From the NCBI GenBank assembly GCA_965248925.1, contig CBDFLE010000006.1, positions 992,001 to 1,056,000 on the forward strand: a stretch of DNA of 64,000 bases. The letters run 5' to 3'. The DNA is from Candidatus Multivoradales bacterium. GTDB taxonomy: Bacteria > Acidobacteriota > Thermoanaerobaculia > Multivoradales > J023. Each line of letters opens with the position of its first letter. Positions within the stretch are counted from its first letter, which is position 1. The position numbers and the translations under genes were made by a program. The notes beneath the pieces are model-generated. The model saw only the letters and a list, made by a program, of their open reading frames with translations. It made no database searches and was not told the origin of the DNA. Shown here one piece after another: positions 18,952 through 28,647 of the stretch.

Positions 18952-20937
18952 TCAGCGCTGCTCACCCACCCGCTCCCGCCGCAACTGCTCGAGCATTTGC
19001 CCTAGGCGAGCCGCAGACGGGTTTCTTGCGACCGCGCGGCGCAGGAGATCCTCCGCCGCGTCCAGCCTCCCCGCCTGCCGCAAGAGGATCGCAGCATTGC
19101 TCACCGCTGCCTCGGGATAGGGCGGCTGCTCGGCCATCTCTAGCGAAATCCCTAGCGCCTCCGCGCCACGCCCCACCGCCGCCAAGGCAATGGCGTAGTT
19201 CAGCCGACAGCGGCCCATCTCGGCGGCCTGCAGCGAACCGCGGGCAGCCCAGGCAGCGAGCGCCTGCTGGTAGTGCGGCAGCGCCCGCTGCGGCTGACCA
19301 CGACGAGTGTGCAGCAACAGAGCCAGGTTGCGGTGCCCCTGGGGAGAGTCGGAGTCGGCGGCGATGGCCTGGCGAAACAAGGCTTCAGCCTCCTCTACCC
19401 GACCCGCTGCCAGCGCCTTCGCCCCCAGCCAATCGAAGGCTGCCGGGTTTCCCGGATCCACCACCGCCACCCGTTGCCACAGCGCCGAATCAGTCGCCCA
19501 GAAAGGGTCGTGGTAGAGATTGCTCACGGTCCACAACGCCAACAGCGCGCCCACCGCAAGATTCCGCCAACGCGGCGCCAAGCGCCAGAGCAACCACACC
19601 ACGCCGACACAAAAACCTAGAACCGCCAGGTAAAGATATCGCTGGTGCACCAGATAGGCCGGCCGAAAAGAGCGGGTGTTGAAGACCGGCCAAACACAGG
19701 CCCCGATCCACGCCGCGCCGAACAACAGCACCGGGCGCCGACGCCACAGCCACCCACCGACGGCGACCAAGGCCCCCAACACGAGCAACGCCCCCCAGGC
19801 CCGTGGATCGCCCCAGCTTACCAAGTAGCGCACCGGATAACTGGGTGAGAAATCCCAGGGCCAGAACAGAAAGCGCAAATACCACAAAGCCAGCCAAGGC
19901 AAGGTCGGCAACACCTCGACTATTTCCATTCCACCGGCAACGACCCCAAAGACGGTGTGGATCGCCAGCTTGCGGACATAGATCCACAGCAGGGTGAGGA
20001 GCAGGAAAGGCAAGTAGCCGAGGGCCACCCGGCGCAGCTCGAACCAGCGCGCCGCAGGAACCCGCGGTCTGACCCAGGCCAGCCAGCCGAGAGCCAAGCC
20101 ACCGAGCGCCAAGAACTCGGCCACGAACGCCAGGTGGAGGTGGCGCATCAGTCCCTGGCCAGCGAAGAGTTCCAGCGCGAAGACAATTGCCATCAGACCC
20201 ACCAAGCCGCCATAGGCCCGCCACAGCCAACGCTCGCCGCGGCGATGAGCTAGCAAGCCATCGACCAGCGGCAGCAGCAGCAGCAGGGACAACGCCGATT
20301 CCTTGAGACAGAGAGCAGCGGCGTAGCACAGCGCCGCCGCTGCCAAGCGCCAGAGTCCGCCCGCTTGCCGCCAGCCCAACCAGAGCGCCAGCCCAACCAA
20401 CAGCAGTGCCGCTGCCGGCGGATCGTTGTAAGCCGCGGCAATCCAGCTCACAGACTCTCCATGGGCCGGATGCACCGCGAAAAGGGCCGCTACCGCCAGC
20501 GCCTGGTAGCGACCAAATCCTAGCCGCAGCAACAGCCACCAAGCCGCCCAACAAGCGAGCAAATGGAGCCCCAGACCCGCCCCATGCCAGGCTCGGGTAT
20601 CGAGCTCAAAGAGCTGGTACATGGCCAAGTACTGAACATAGAACAAGGGCCGCCAGTAGTTCGATCGCTCGCCGTCGTCGCGCGACAACGAGAGAATGTC
20701 TTGCCGCCAGAAATCGGCGAAGCTCGACCCCTGGCGCAGGCGCATGTTGTTGACCACCTGCTCGTGATCGTCCCAGACGAACTCGTGGCTCAGGGTGGGA
20801 GCGAAGGAAATCCCGATGACTACCGCCAGACAAGCCACCGCGAGCCCAGACGAAAGCCGCGGCCAGCCGCCGCCTGCACGGCTCTCGGAAGGCGATTCGC
20901 TCACGGGCGGAGCCTGACGTACACGGCGGTTCTCCAA
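18952..20937 (-). CDS. TMTC-like GT-C membrane glycosyltransferase with C-terminal TPRs
   Basis: FVWDD acidic pair after TM1, SNYWRPL, LFAVHPAHGESVSWI, LCLKE, RYLYL, then LWQ plus TPRs. Confidence 0.8.
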   Translation of the reverse strand: MENRRVRQAPPVSESPSESRAGGGWPRLSSGLAVACLAVVIGISFAPTLSHEFVWDDHEQVVNNMRLRQGSSFADFWRQDILSLSRDDGERSNYWRPLFYVQYLAMYQLFELDTRAWHGAGLGLHLLACWAAWWLLLRLGFGRYQALAVAALFAVHPAHGESVSWIAAAYNDPPAAALLLVGLALWLGWRQAGGLWRLAAAALCYAAALCLKESALSLLLLLPLVDGLLAHRRGERWLWRAYGGLVGLMAIVFALELFAGQGLMRHLHLAFVAEFLALGGLALGWLAWVRPRVPAARWFELRRVALGYLPFLLLTLLWIYVRKLAIHTVFGVVAGGMEIVEVLPTLPWLALWYLRFLFWPWDFSPSYPVRYLVSWGDPRAWGALLVLGALVAVGGWLWRRRPVLLFGAAWIGACVWPVFNTRSFRPAYLVHQRYLYLAVLGFCVGVVWLLWRLAPRWRNLAVGALLALWTVSNLYHDPFWATDSALWQRVAVVDPGNPAAFDWLGAKALAAGRVEEAEALFRQAIAADSDSPQGHRNLALLLHTRRGQPQRALPHYQQALAAWAARGSLQAAEMGRCRLNYAIALAAVGRGAEALGISLEMAEQPPYPEAAVSNAAILLRQAGRLDAAEDLLRRAVARNPSAARLGQMLEQLRRERVGEQR

Positions 20938-20998
20938 CTAAGTTACGAGGTAAGAACAGGGGTCAATCTTAGCATTCACCCGCTGCTAAACTGCCTCC

Positions 20999-22903
20999 AT
21001 GACCGCCGCCAAGACTGCCGCCAAGACTGCCGCCAAGACGCTGTCTATCCCCCATCCGGACGGCGGCCCAGCAACCAGCGATGGCTGGATCGCCCTCGTC
21101 TTGGTGGCCCTCGCCATTCTGCCCTTCGTCGTCAGCCTCGGCGGCGACTTCGTCTATGACGACCGCCACCAGATCGTAGGCAACCACCTGATCCAAGACA
21201 ACGCCTACCTGGGCCGGGCGCTGACCTCCGACGTGTGGGCCTTCAAGAGTCAGCGCGAGGCCGCTTGGAGCAACTACTGGCGACCGACATTCGTGCTCTG
21301 GCTGACTCTCCAGCACCGCCTGTTTGGCCTCGCATCGACATTAGGGTGGCACCTATCGAGTCTCGCCTTGCACGCCTTGGTCTGCCTACTGGCCTACGCC
21401 CTTCTGCGTCGCCTAGTGCTCGGCCGATGGGCCGCCGCGACGATCGCTGGACTGTTCGCCGTGCATCCGGTACATGTCGAATCAGTGGCGTGGATTTCGG
21501 GCTCGCCCGACTTGCTGGCGGCCGCCGCCATGCTCGGCGCATTGCTCGCCCTACCCCTCGATTCTGACCGCAGCCGACGGCTGCGACGGGCGGTGGCGCT
21601 GCTGCTGGCGACGGTAGCGCTAGGAGCCAAGGAGTATTCGGTAATGCTGCCAATCTTGGTGGCCATCCTCAGTTGGCTACGCGGCCCGCCGAGCAAGCGC
21701 CAGGCCGCTCTTACCGCTTTACCCTTCGCGACTCTAGTGGCGCTCTACTTGATCTGCCGCTTCTGGGTCCTCGGCACCGTCGAAATCGATACTCCTTGGA
21801 GCCTCGGCCCGCTCGGCATGGCGGCCAATGTTCCGGCGCTGCTGACCTTTTACCTACGCCAGAGCTTGTGGCCCCTGGAACTCGGCCCCTCGTATCCCCT
21901 GCGAGCCATCCAACTCAGCGAGGTCGGCTGGAGCAACTTCTGGCTACCTCTGCTCGGCCTGCTGCTGATCGCCGCCGGCACCCTGGCCTTGGCCCGCCGC
22001 CGACCGCTGGTGTGGATGGCAGCGGCGCTCTTTGCCCTGCCCTTGCTGCCGGCGCTGAACATTGACGCCTTCATCCAGGAACAGCTGGTGCATGATCGCT
22101 ATCTCTACCTGCCCTTGCTGGGCTTACTATCAATCTTAGCCGTAGCCTGGCAGCAGCTGCTGCCCCGGCTGAGCAGCACCGCGGCCCGCCGCTGGCTGGC
22201 CGCCGCGGCGGTGGTGTTGATGGCAACACTAGGCTGGCAAACCAGCCTCTACGCCCGAACTTGGACTTCGGAGCTGGCGCTGTGGCAACGAGCGGTCGAG
22301 GTCGATCCCAGCTCCGCCTTCAACTACACGGAATACGGCGGTGCCTTGCTCCAAGCCGGTCGCATCGAGGAGGCGCGTTTGGCCCTGGACCGCGCGATCG
22401 AGATCGAAGCGGTGACCGTGGCCTTTTTGAAGCGCGCCGATTTGGCCATGCGCCAAGGCCGGCTGGCGGACGCCGAGAGTGACCTCGCAATGGTGCAACG
22501 CCACCTACCGCAAGACCCGCGTCCCTACCGCCGTCTGGCCCAACTGCGACAGGCCACCGGTCGTGGCGCCGAGGCCCAACGCACGCTGCGTCAAGGACGC
22601 CGCCAGGCGCCGGAGCAATGGTGCGCCATGACCGCCGATCTGGCAGTGCTGCTCTACTTGGCCAACGAGCGGACAGCGGCCCTCGAAGAACTGGAAGCCT
22701 GCCGCTCTAGGCTCGACCGAGAACCCACCCCCGACTGCCTCCGCGGCCTCCTCAGACTGGCCTCCTTGTACCGTGAGAAGGGCCGCGAAGAGGCCGCCCT
22801 TGACGCCTTCGATGAGCTTGCCAGGCGAACTTCCGGGCACCGCCCAGCGGCGGTGATGGCGCTCCACGAACAGGCTCTGAAAGCCCTTGGCGACGCCCCC
22901 TGA
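20999..22903 (+). CDS. TMTC-like GT-C membrane glycosyltransferase with C-terminal TPRs
   Basis: FVYDD, SNYWRP, LFAVHPVHVESVAWISG, GAKE, DRYLYLP, then TPRs; divergent paralog of 18952-20937. Confidence 0.82.
   Translation: MTAAKTAAKTAAKTLSIPHPDGGPATSDGWIALVLVALAILPFVVSLGGDFVYDDRHQIVGNHLIQDNAYLGRALTSDVWAFKSQREAAWSNYWRPTFVLWLTLQHRLFGLASTLGWHLSSLALHALVCLLAYALLRRLVLGRWAAATIAGLFAVHPVHVESVAWISGSPDLLAAAAMLGALLALPLDSDRSRRLRRAVALLLATVALGAKEYSVMLPILVAILSWLRGPPSKRQAALTALPFATLVALYLICRFWVLGTVEIDTPWSLGPLGMAANVPALLTFYLRQSLWPLELGPSYPLRAIQLSEVGWSNFWLPLLGLLLIAAGTLALARRRPLVWMAAALFALPLLPALNIDAFIQEQLVHDRYLYLPLLGLLSILAVAWQQLLPRLSSTAARRWLAAAAVVLMATLGWQTSLYARTWTSELALWQRAVEVDPSSAFNYTEYGGALLQAGRIEEARLALDRAIEIEAVTVAFLKRADLAMRQGRLADAESDLAMVQRHLPQDPRPYRRLAQLRQATGRGAEAQRTLRQGRRQAPEQWCAMTADLAVLLYLANERTAALEELEACRSRLDREPTPDCLRGLLRLASLYREKGREEAALDAFDELARRTSGHRPAAVMALHEQALKALGDAP
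21005..21040 (+). repeat. 12-bp tandem repeat x3 encoding (AAKT)3 just after the start codon
   Basis: gccgccaagact gccgccaagact gccgccaagacg. Confidence 0.9.
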
Positions 22904-22941
22904 AACCGCTGCCCTGGTAGCACTTCTGGTATGCTGAATGC

Positions 22942-23421
22942 ATGGTCAAAACTCAAACTGTGCGCTTTGCTCGAGCTTGGAGCTATCCGTTGGTGGTCCT
23001 CGCTCTCCTGCTGGTCACTTGCACCCAGCCGACGAACGATGCTGGCGCTACCGCCAACTCCACCACGCCTCCAGCTGCCAGCGGGTCAGCTGACAGCGAG
23101 GGTGACGGCAGCCCAGCCGCTGAGGGTCGAGACCCGTTGCGTAACCGGGTGAATTGGGCCACCGCCAGCGAAGTCGATATCTTTGGCTACGACATCTATC
23201 GCGGCGAGAGCCCAGACGGCCCATTCGAGCGCGTCACAACAGAACCCGTCCCCGCCGCTGGCACCACCGACGAGCCGCAGAAATACACTTGGATCGACCC
23301 CACCAACGATCCCACCAAGGACTACTACTACTACGTCGAGAACATCTCGATGTCGAACCAGCGGGAGCACCTCACCGGCATCGGCCATGTCCCGCCGAAA
23401 CAACCCGCGGCGGCTGACTGA
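22942..23421 (+). CDS. Lipoprotein with a stand-alone Ig/Fn3-like W-x-TASE domain
   Basis: LLLVTC lipobox; low-complexity tether; then VNWATASEVDIFGYDIYR...FERV...GTTDEPQKYTWID...YYYYVE. Confidence 0.8.
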   Translation: MVKTQTVRFARAWSYPLVVLALLLVTCTQPTNDAGATANSTTPPAASGSADSEGDGSPAAEGRDPLRNRVNWATASEVDIFGYDIYRGESPDGPFERVTTEPVPAAGTTDEPQKYTWIDPTNDPTKDYYYYVENISMSNQREHLTGIGHVPPKQPAAAD

Positions 23422-23458
23422 CCCCCGCAGCAAAGGCTAACCGCCGCACTCGACGACC

Positions 23459-25084
23459 ATGATCTCGTCGCGCCGCCCACTGCTGCTGCTCGCCTTGCTG
23501 CTACCCCTGTTGGTGGTCGGCGCAACGCTGCTCTACATGCTGGGCATGCGCTACCTCGAAGGCTCGCCGCGCGATTTTCTGACCAGTTTGGAGTTCGTCT
23601 CCGAGACTCTGACCTCAGTGGGTTACGGCGCCGATAGCAGCTGGCGCCACCCGCTGATGCTGCTGCTGGTGATCGGCTTGCAGTTCGCCGGTTCTTTCTT
23701 GCTGCTGCTGATCCTGCCCTTGATCATGCTGCCGATGCTCGAGCGACGGTTCGAGACCCGGCTGCCGCAGCGGGCGGCGAAGCTCTCCGAGCACGTGGTG
23801 ATCTACCGCTGGGGAGCCGCGGTCGAGACCCTGGCGAGCGAACTCGACCGTACCGAAGTGCCGGTGCTGATCCTCGAGGAGAGTGAGAGTGAAGCCCGGC
23901 GGTTGCTTGAGACCGGCCGCCAGGTGGTGTTCTGCTCCAACCCCACCACGGCGCTCGACAGGGTCTCCCTGAGCGAAGCTAGAGCTTTGATCGCCAATGG
24001 CAGCGACGAAGAAAACGCGGCGATCATTCTCACTGCCCGACAGGTTGGCTTTGAGGGAAAAATCCTCGCAATCGTCGAAGACCCCTTCCACCGCCAAGCG
24101 ATGTCCTTGGCCGGCGCCAGCGAAGTGTTCACCCCACGCCACGTCTTGGCCTCGGCCTTGGCGGCCCGCGCTAGCCACCAGGTCAGTCCGCGGGTCAGTG
24201 GCTTGCAACAGCTCGGCAAGCACCTGCAAGTCGAAGAAGTGCGTATCGACCCCGCAAGCCCGCTGGCCGGCCGGACTTTGGCCGAGACCGAGATCCACAG
24301 ACAAACCGGCACCACCGTGATCGGCCAGTGGATCGGTGGCGAACTAGAGACCCGCCCCCATGGCCAAATGCGCCTCGAACCCCACGGCATCTTGGTGGCT
24401 ATCGGCAGGCAAGAGGGCCTCGAGCGCCTAGCTTCCTTGGCGGGTAGCATGGTGCAGCTAAGCCCGGCAGAGCACTTCGTGATCTGTGGCTTCGGCGAAG
24501 TCGGTCGCAAGGTGGCCGAACTACTCGACCAGGCGGGTGAAACGGTCCGCGTGGTCGACCGCCAGCGCCTGGCCGGAGTGGATGTAGTAGGCGATGTGCT
24601 GGATCCAGCGGTTCTCGACGCCGCCGAAATCGACTCTGCCCAAGCGGTGGTGTTAGCGCTGGACAATGACCCGGCGACCCTCTTTGCCACCGTCATCCTG
24701 CGCGACCGCGCCACCGAGACGCCGATCGTGGCGCGGGTCAATGCCGCCGACAATGTGGATCGGATCCACCGCGCGGGAGCCGATTTTGCGCTTTCGATCA
24801 GCCAAGTTTCGGGGCAAGTGCTAGCCCGCTGCCTGTTGCGCCTAGAGTCGGTGTCGATCGACGCGCGACTGCGGGTTACCAAGCTGCCGCGGCACCGTCT
24901 GGGCGGCCATCAGCCGGCTGAATTCAAGCTACGCTCTCGCACCGGCTGCTCGGTGGTAGCAGTCGAGCGCGGCGATCAGGTGTTGGTGGATGTGGGCCCG
25001 CGATTCACTTTCGACGCCAACGACGTACTCTACGTCTGCGGCAGCGATCAGGCGATCCAGCGGTTCATCGAGGCTTTTTGCTAG
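23459..25084 (+). CDS. Potassium channel with tandem RCK (TrkA-N/TrkA-C) domains
   Basis: Two TMs flanking a TLTSVGYG filter; CGFGEVG Rossmann motif; two TrkA-N/C pairs. Confidence 0.85.
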   Translation: MISSRRPLLLLALLLPLLVVGATLLYMLGMRYLEGSPRDFLTSLEFVSETLTSVGYGADSSWRHPLMLLLVIGLQFAGSFLLLLILPLIMLPMLERRFETRLPQRAAKLSEHVVIYRWGAAVETLASELDRTEVPVLILEESESEARRLLETGRQVVFCSNPTTALDRVSLSEARALIANGSDEENAAIILTARQVGFEGKILAIVEDPFHRQAMSLAGASEVFTPRHVLASALAARASHQVSPRVSGLQQLGKHLQVEEVRIDPASPLAGRTLAETEIHRQTGTTVIGQWIGGELETRPHGQMRLEPHGILVAIGRQEGLERLASLAGSMVQLSPAEHFVICGFGEVGRKVAELLDQAGETVRVVDRQRLAGVDVVGDVLDPAVLDAAEIDSAQAVVLALDNDPATLFATVILRDRATETPIVARVNAADNVDRIHRAGADFALSISQVSGQVLARCLLRLESVSIDARLRVTKLPRHRLGGHQPAEFKLRSRTGCSVVAVERGDQVLVDVGPRFTFDANDVLYVCGSDQAIQRFIEAFC

Positions 25085-26385
25085 TCGTCCCAACGGCCCA
25101 TGATCAGCGCCCCGTTGGTGCCACCGAAACCAAATGAGTTGGTCAGCGCATAGCGGAGATCGACAGCCCGTGGCCGGTGCGGCACGAAGTCGAGGTCGGC
25201 CAGCGGGTCCGGATGGTCGAGATTGAGAGTGGCGGGAAGCCGCTGATGCTTCAAGGCCAAGGCCAAAATGCCGCTTTCGAGCCCACCCGCGGCGCCCAGC
25301 AAATGGCCGGTAGCTGACTTGGTCGACGACACCGCGAGCCGGTAGGCATGGTCGCCATAGACCTGCTTGATGGCTTGCACCTCGCCCAGATCACCCAGGG
25401 TCGTCGAAGTGCCGTGGGCATTGATGTAGCCGATCGAGTCGGCCTCCAAACCGGCGTCTTTGAGCGCGCTGTTCATTACTCGAGCGGCGCCGCCGCCTCT
25501 CGGATCAGGGGCCGAGATGTGGTAGGCGTCGCCTGACATCCCATAACCGACCAGCTCGGCGTAGATCTCCGCCCCCCGCTGCTGCGCCGCGCCGAGTTCT
25601 TCTAGCACCAGGATACCGGCCCCTTCGCCGATGACGAACCCATCGCGATCGCGATCCCACGGCCGAGACGCCTTCTGCGGCTCGTCGTTGCGGGTCGACA
25701 GGGCTTTCATCGAGGCAAAACCAGCCACCGCCAACGGCGTGATCACCGCTTCGGTACCGCCGCAGATCATCGCCTCGGCATAGTCTCCCTGAATCAACCT
25801 GAAGGCATCGCCAACCGCGTGCAATCCGGTGGTGCAGGCGGTTGCCACCGCAGAGTTCGGCCCCTGAGCACCGTAGCGGATCGACACCTGGCCAGCGGCC
25901 AGATTGATCGACAGAGCGGGAATGAAGAAGGGCGAGACCCGGCCGGGACCGCGTTCGAGCAGCCGCCGGTGAGTCTCTTCAATAAAGGCCAGGCCGCCGA
26001 TACCGGAGCCGATCAACACCCCGACCCGCTCGCGGTTCTGGTCGCTGATCTCGAGAGCAGAGTCTTCCATCGCGAACTGCGCCGCCGCCATCGCGAACTG
26101 GATGAAGCGGTCACACTTCTTGACATCCTTGCGCTCAAAGTAATCGAAGGGATCAAACCCCTCGACTTCGCCAGCGATGCGGCAAGGAAACTTCTCGGTG
26201 TCGAAGCGAGTGATCGGGCCAATGCCGCTCTGCGACGCCATCAGCCCATCCCAAGTCGCCGCGGTGCCAACACCGAGGGGCGACACCAAGCCGACTCCGG
26301 TCACCACTACCCGCCGCCGGTAGCCAGACCCGGCGCCTTCGCCGACGCTCACCGCGTTGCGCTCCACGGCAAGGCCATTCTCCAA
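25081..26385 (-). CDS. fabF: 3-oxoacyl-ACP synthase II
   Basis: RRVVVTG, TACTTG, NAHGTST, GHLLGAAG, NSFGFGG. Confidence 0.95.
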   Translation of the reverse strand: MENGLAVERNAVSVGEGAGSGYRRRVVVTGVGLVSPLGVGTAATWDGLMASQSGIGPITRFDTEKFPCRIAGEVEGFDPFDYFERKDVKKCDRFIQFAMAAAQFAMEDSALEISDQNRERVGVLIGSGIGGLAFIEETHRRLLERGPGRVSPFFIPALSINLAAGQVSIRYGAQGPNSAVATACTTGLHAVGDAFRLIQGDYAEAMICGGTEAVITPLAVAGFASMKALSTRNDEPQKASRPWDRDRDGFVIGEGAGILVLEELGAAQQRGAEIYAELVGYGMSGDAYHISAPDPRGGGAARVMNSALKDAGLEADSIGYINAHGTSTTLGDLGEVQAIKQVYGDHAYRLAVSSTKSATGHLLGAAGGLESGILALALKHQRLPATLNLDHPDPLADLDFVPHRPRAVDLRYALTNSFGFGGTNGALIMGRWDD

Positions 26386-26407
26386 GCCATCTGAGAGGCC
26401 ACCCGGC

Positions 26408-26671
26408 TTAGTCCACCTTGGCGTTCTGTTCGATGTAGGAGACCGCGTCTTGTACCTTGGCGATCTTCTCGGCTTCGTCGTCGGGGATCTCGAGGTCGAA
26501 CTCTTCCTCGAACGCCATCACCAGCTCGACGATGTCGAGAGAGTCGGCGCCGAGATCGTCGGTGAAGCTGGCGGCAGGAATGACTTCATCCTGCTCGACG
26601 CCCAGCTGCTCCGCGATGATGCTGTTGACCTTGTCTTTAATGGCGTCTTTAGTGGCGTCTTTAGTGGCCAT
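26408..26671 (-). CDS. acpP: Acyl carrier protein
   Basis: [20 protein letters not shown]; start set at ATG 26671 after GGAGG. Confidence 0.95.
   Translation of the reverse strand: MATKDATKDAIKDKVNSIIAEQLGVEQDEVIPAASFTDDLGADSLDIVELVMAFEEEFDLEIPDDEAEKIAKVQDAVSYIEQNAKVD
26633..26668 (-). repeat. 12-bp tandem repeat x3 at the 5' end of acpP ([12 protein letters not shown])
   Basis: gccactaaagac gccactaaagac gccattaaagac on the minus strand. Confidence 0.9.
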
Positions 26672-26835
26672 GGTCAGGAAACCTCCAGAGTTTGTCCGGG
26701 AACGGAAGGAGTTGTAGCATAAAGACGTCACCGAGGTCTACGTAGCAAGACCTTGCCCGATCTCTGACCGAGACTCCTGGGAACCTCTCGGTACCCCCCT
26801 GACGCCCTGGTTTTCGTGTTTCGCTCTCAGCTGAT

Positions 26836-27579
26836 TCAGATGTACATGCCGCCAGAGACATTGAGCACCTCACCGGTGATATAGCCGGCTTCGGGGCTGC
26901 TCAAGAAGGCCACAGCGGCGGCCACGTCCTCCACCTTACCAAGACGGCGCAGGACAATGCTCTTCTCTAACTGATCTCGCACTTTGTCGCCCAGCTCACT
27001 GGTCATCTCGGTCTCGACATATCCCGGCGCCACCACATTGACGGTGATGTTGCGGCCGCCAATCTCGCGGGCCAGCGACTTGGCGAAGCCAATCATACCG
27101 GCCTTCGAGGCGGCGTAGTTAGCCTGGCCAGCGTTGCCCATCAGACCGACCACCGAGGACACCATCACGATCCGCCCCCAGCGCTGGCGAATCATGCCAC
27201 GAATCAGCTGCCGGGTGACCGCATAAGCGCCGGTGAGATTGACCCGCAGGACCTCCTCCCACTGCTCGAGGCTCATCCGCGCTAGCAGCCCGTCACGGGT
27301 GATACCAGCATTGTTGACCAGAATCTGCACATCGCCGAGTTCTTTGACCAGCGGCTCGATCCGCTCAGCCACTAGCGCCGGCTGGCCGACATCGAGAGCC
27401 AGAGGGAAAGCCTCCCCTCCCTCCTCGGCGATCTCTTGCGCCAACGCTTCGAGCTTGTCGAGGCTGCGCGCCGCCACCACCACCCGCGCCCCCTGGCTGG
27501 CGAGGCGCGACGCTACTTGCCGCCCAATACCCTGCGAAGCGCCGGTAACCAGCGCCAGCTTGCCTTCGAGTTCAAACAT
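26836..27579 (-). CDS. fabG: 3-oxoacyl-ACP reductase
   Basis: TGASQGIG, NNAGITRD, YAASK; fab operon context. Confidence 0.95.
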   Translation of the reverse strand: MFELEGKLALVTGASQGIGRQVASRLASQGARVVVAARSLDKLEALAQEIAEEGGEAFPLALDVGQPALVAERIEPLVKELGDVQILVNNAGITRDGLLARMSLEQWEEVLRVNLTGAYAVTRQLIRGMIRQRWGRIVMVSSVVGLMGNAGQANYAASKAGMIGFAKSLAREIGGRNITVNVVAPGYVETEMTSELGDKVRDQLEKSIVLRRLGKVEDVAAAVAFLSSPEAGYITGEVLNVSGGMYI

Positions 27580-27625
27580 CTCTAGCTCCTTGTCTCGGAT
27601 CGAGTTTGCCTGGGCTCCAACCAGT

Positions 27626-28591
27626 TCAGGCTTCGGCCGCTATGCCGTTACTCTCGTCGATCAGCTTGTCGAGTGCCGCCGGCTTGGCCAAGCCAGACCA
27701 GCGCACTCCGCGGTCGATGCGCCTTCCGAGGCCAGTGAGAACAATCCCCGGTCCGACCTCGACAAAGCGCTCAACTCCGGCTTGGTCGATCAACCAGCGC
27801 ATCGAAGCCACCCAACGCACCGGTCCGTCGATCTGGCGCACCAGCGCTTGCCGCGCCGTGGCACCGTCGGTGACCGGCTGAGCGTCGATATTGACCACCA
27901 CCGGCAGTCGTGGCGCGGCGAAATCCGTCGCCTCGAGTAGGGGCTGTAGGCCAGCTCGCGCGGGCGCCATCAGGGGCGAGTGGAAGGGCGCCGACACCGG
28001 CAGCAACTTGGCCTTCTTGGCCCCCTGCTCGAGCGCCAACACCACTGCCCGCTCGACCGCGGCGCGCTGTCCCGCGACCACGGTCTGCCTGGGCGAGTTG
28101 TAATTGGCTACCCCGCAAACCTCGTCCTGGGCCGCTGTCGCGACGATCTCCTCGACCACTTCATCAGTCAATCCAATCAACGCCGCCATCGCTCCTTCGC
28201 CCACTGGCACCGCCTGCTGCATCAGCTCTCCACGGCGCCGCACTAGGCGCAGGGCAGCGGCAAAGTCGAGGCTACCAGCGGCGACCAAAGCGGAATACTC
28301 ACCGAGGCTGTGGCCGGCCACCGCCACCGGGGTCGGCCCACCGCGCTCTTGCAGCGCTCGTAGAATCGCCACCGAGCAGGCGAGGATCGCCGGCTGGGTG
28401 TTGGCGGTGAGCTGCAACTCTTCTTCCGGTCCCTCCCAGCATAGCCGGCTCAGGTCGAAACCCAGGGCTTTGTCGGCCTCAGCGAAGGTCTGGCGCGCCA
28501 CCGGATAGGCCTCGGCCCATTCGCCACCCATGCCGACCTTCTGCGACCCCTGGCCGGGAAAGAGGAAGACTGTCTTGACGTTTTCGCTCAT
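27626..28591 (-). CDS. fabD: Malonyl-CoA-ACP transacylase
   Basis: FPGQGSQ, GHSLGEY, SAPFHS. Confidence 0.95.
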   Translation of the reverse strand: MSENVKTVFLFPGQGSQKVGMGGEWAEAYPVARQTFAEADKALGFDLSRLCWEGPEEELQLTANTQPAILACSVAILRALQERGGPTPVAVAGHSLGEYSALVAAGSLDFAAALRLVRRRGELMQQAVPVGEGAMAALIGLTDEVVEEIVATAAQDEVCGVANYNSPRQTVVAGQRAAVERAVVLALEQGAKKAKLLPVSAPFHSPLMAPARAGLQPLLEATDFAAPRLPVVVNIDAQPVTDGATARQALVRQIDGPVRWVASMRWLIDQAGVERFVEVGPGIVLTGLGRRIDRGVRWSGLAKPAALDKLIDESNGIAAEA

Positions 28592-28647
28592 CTATCGAAG
28601 GGTCCCCATGACGGTGAACGCTAGCTCCAAGCGCTCACCGCAGATCG

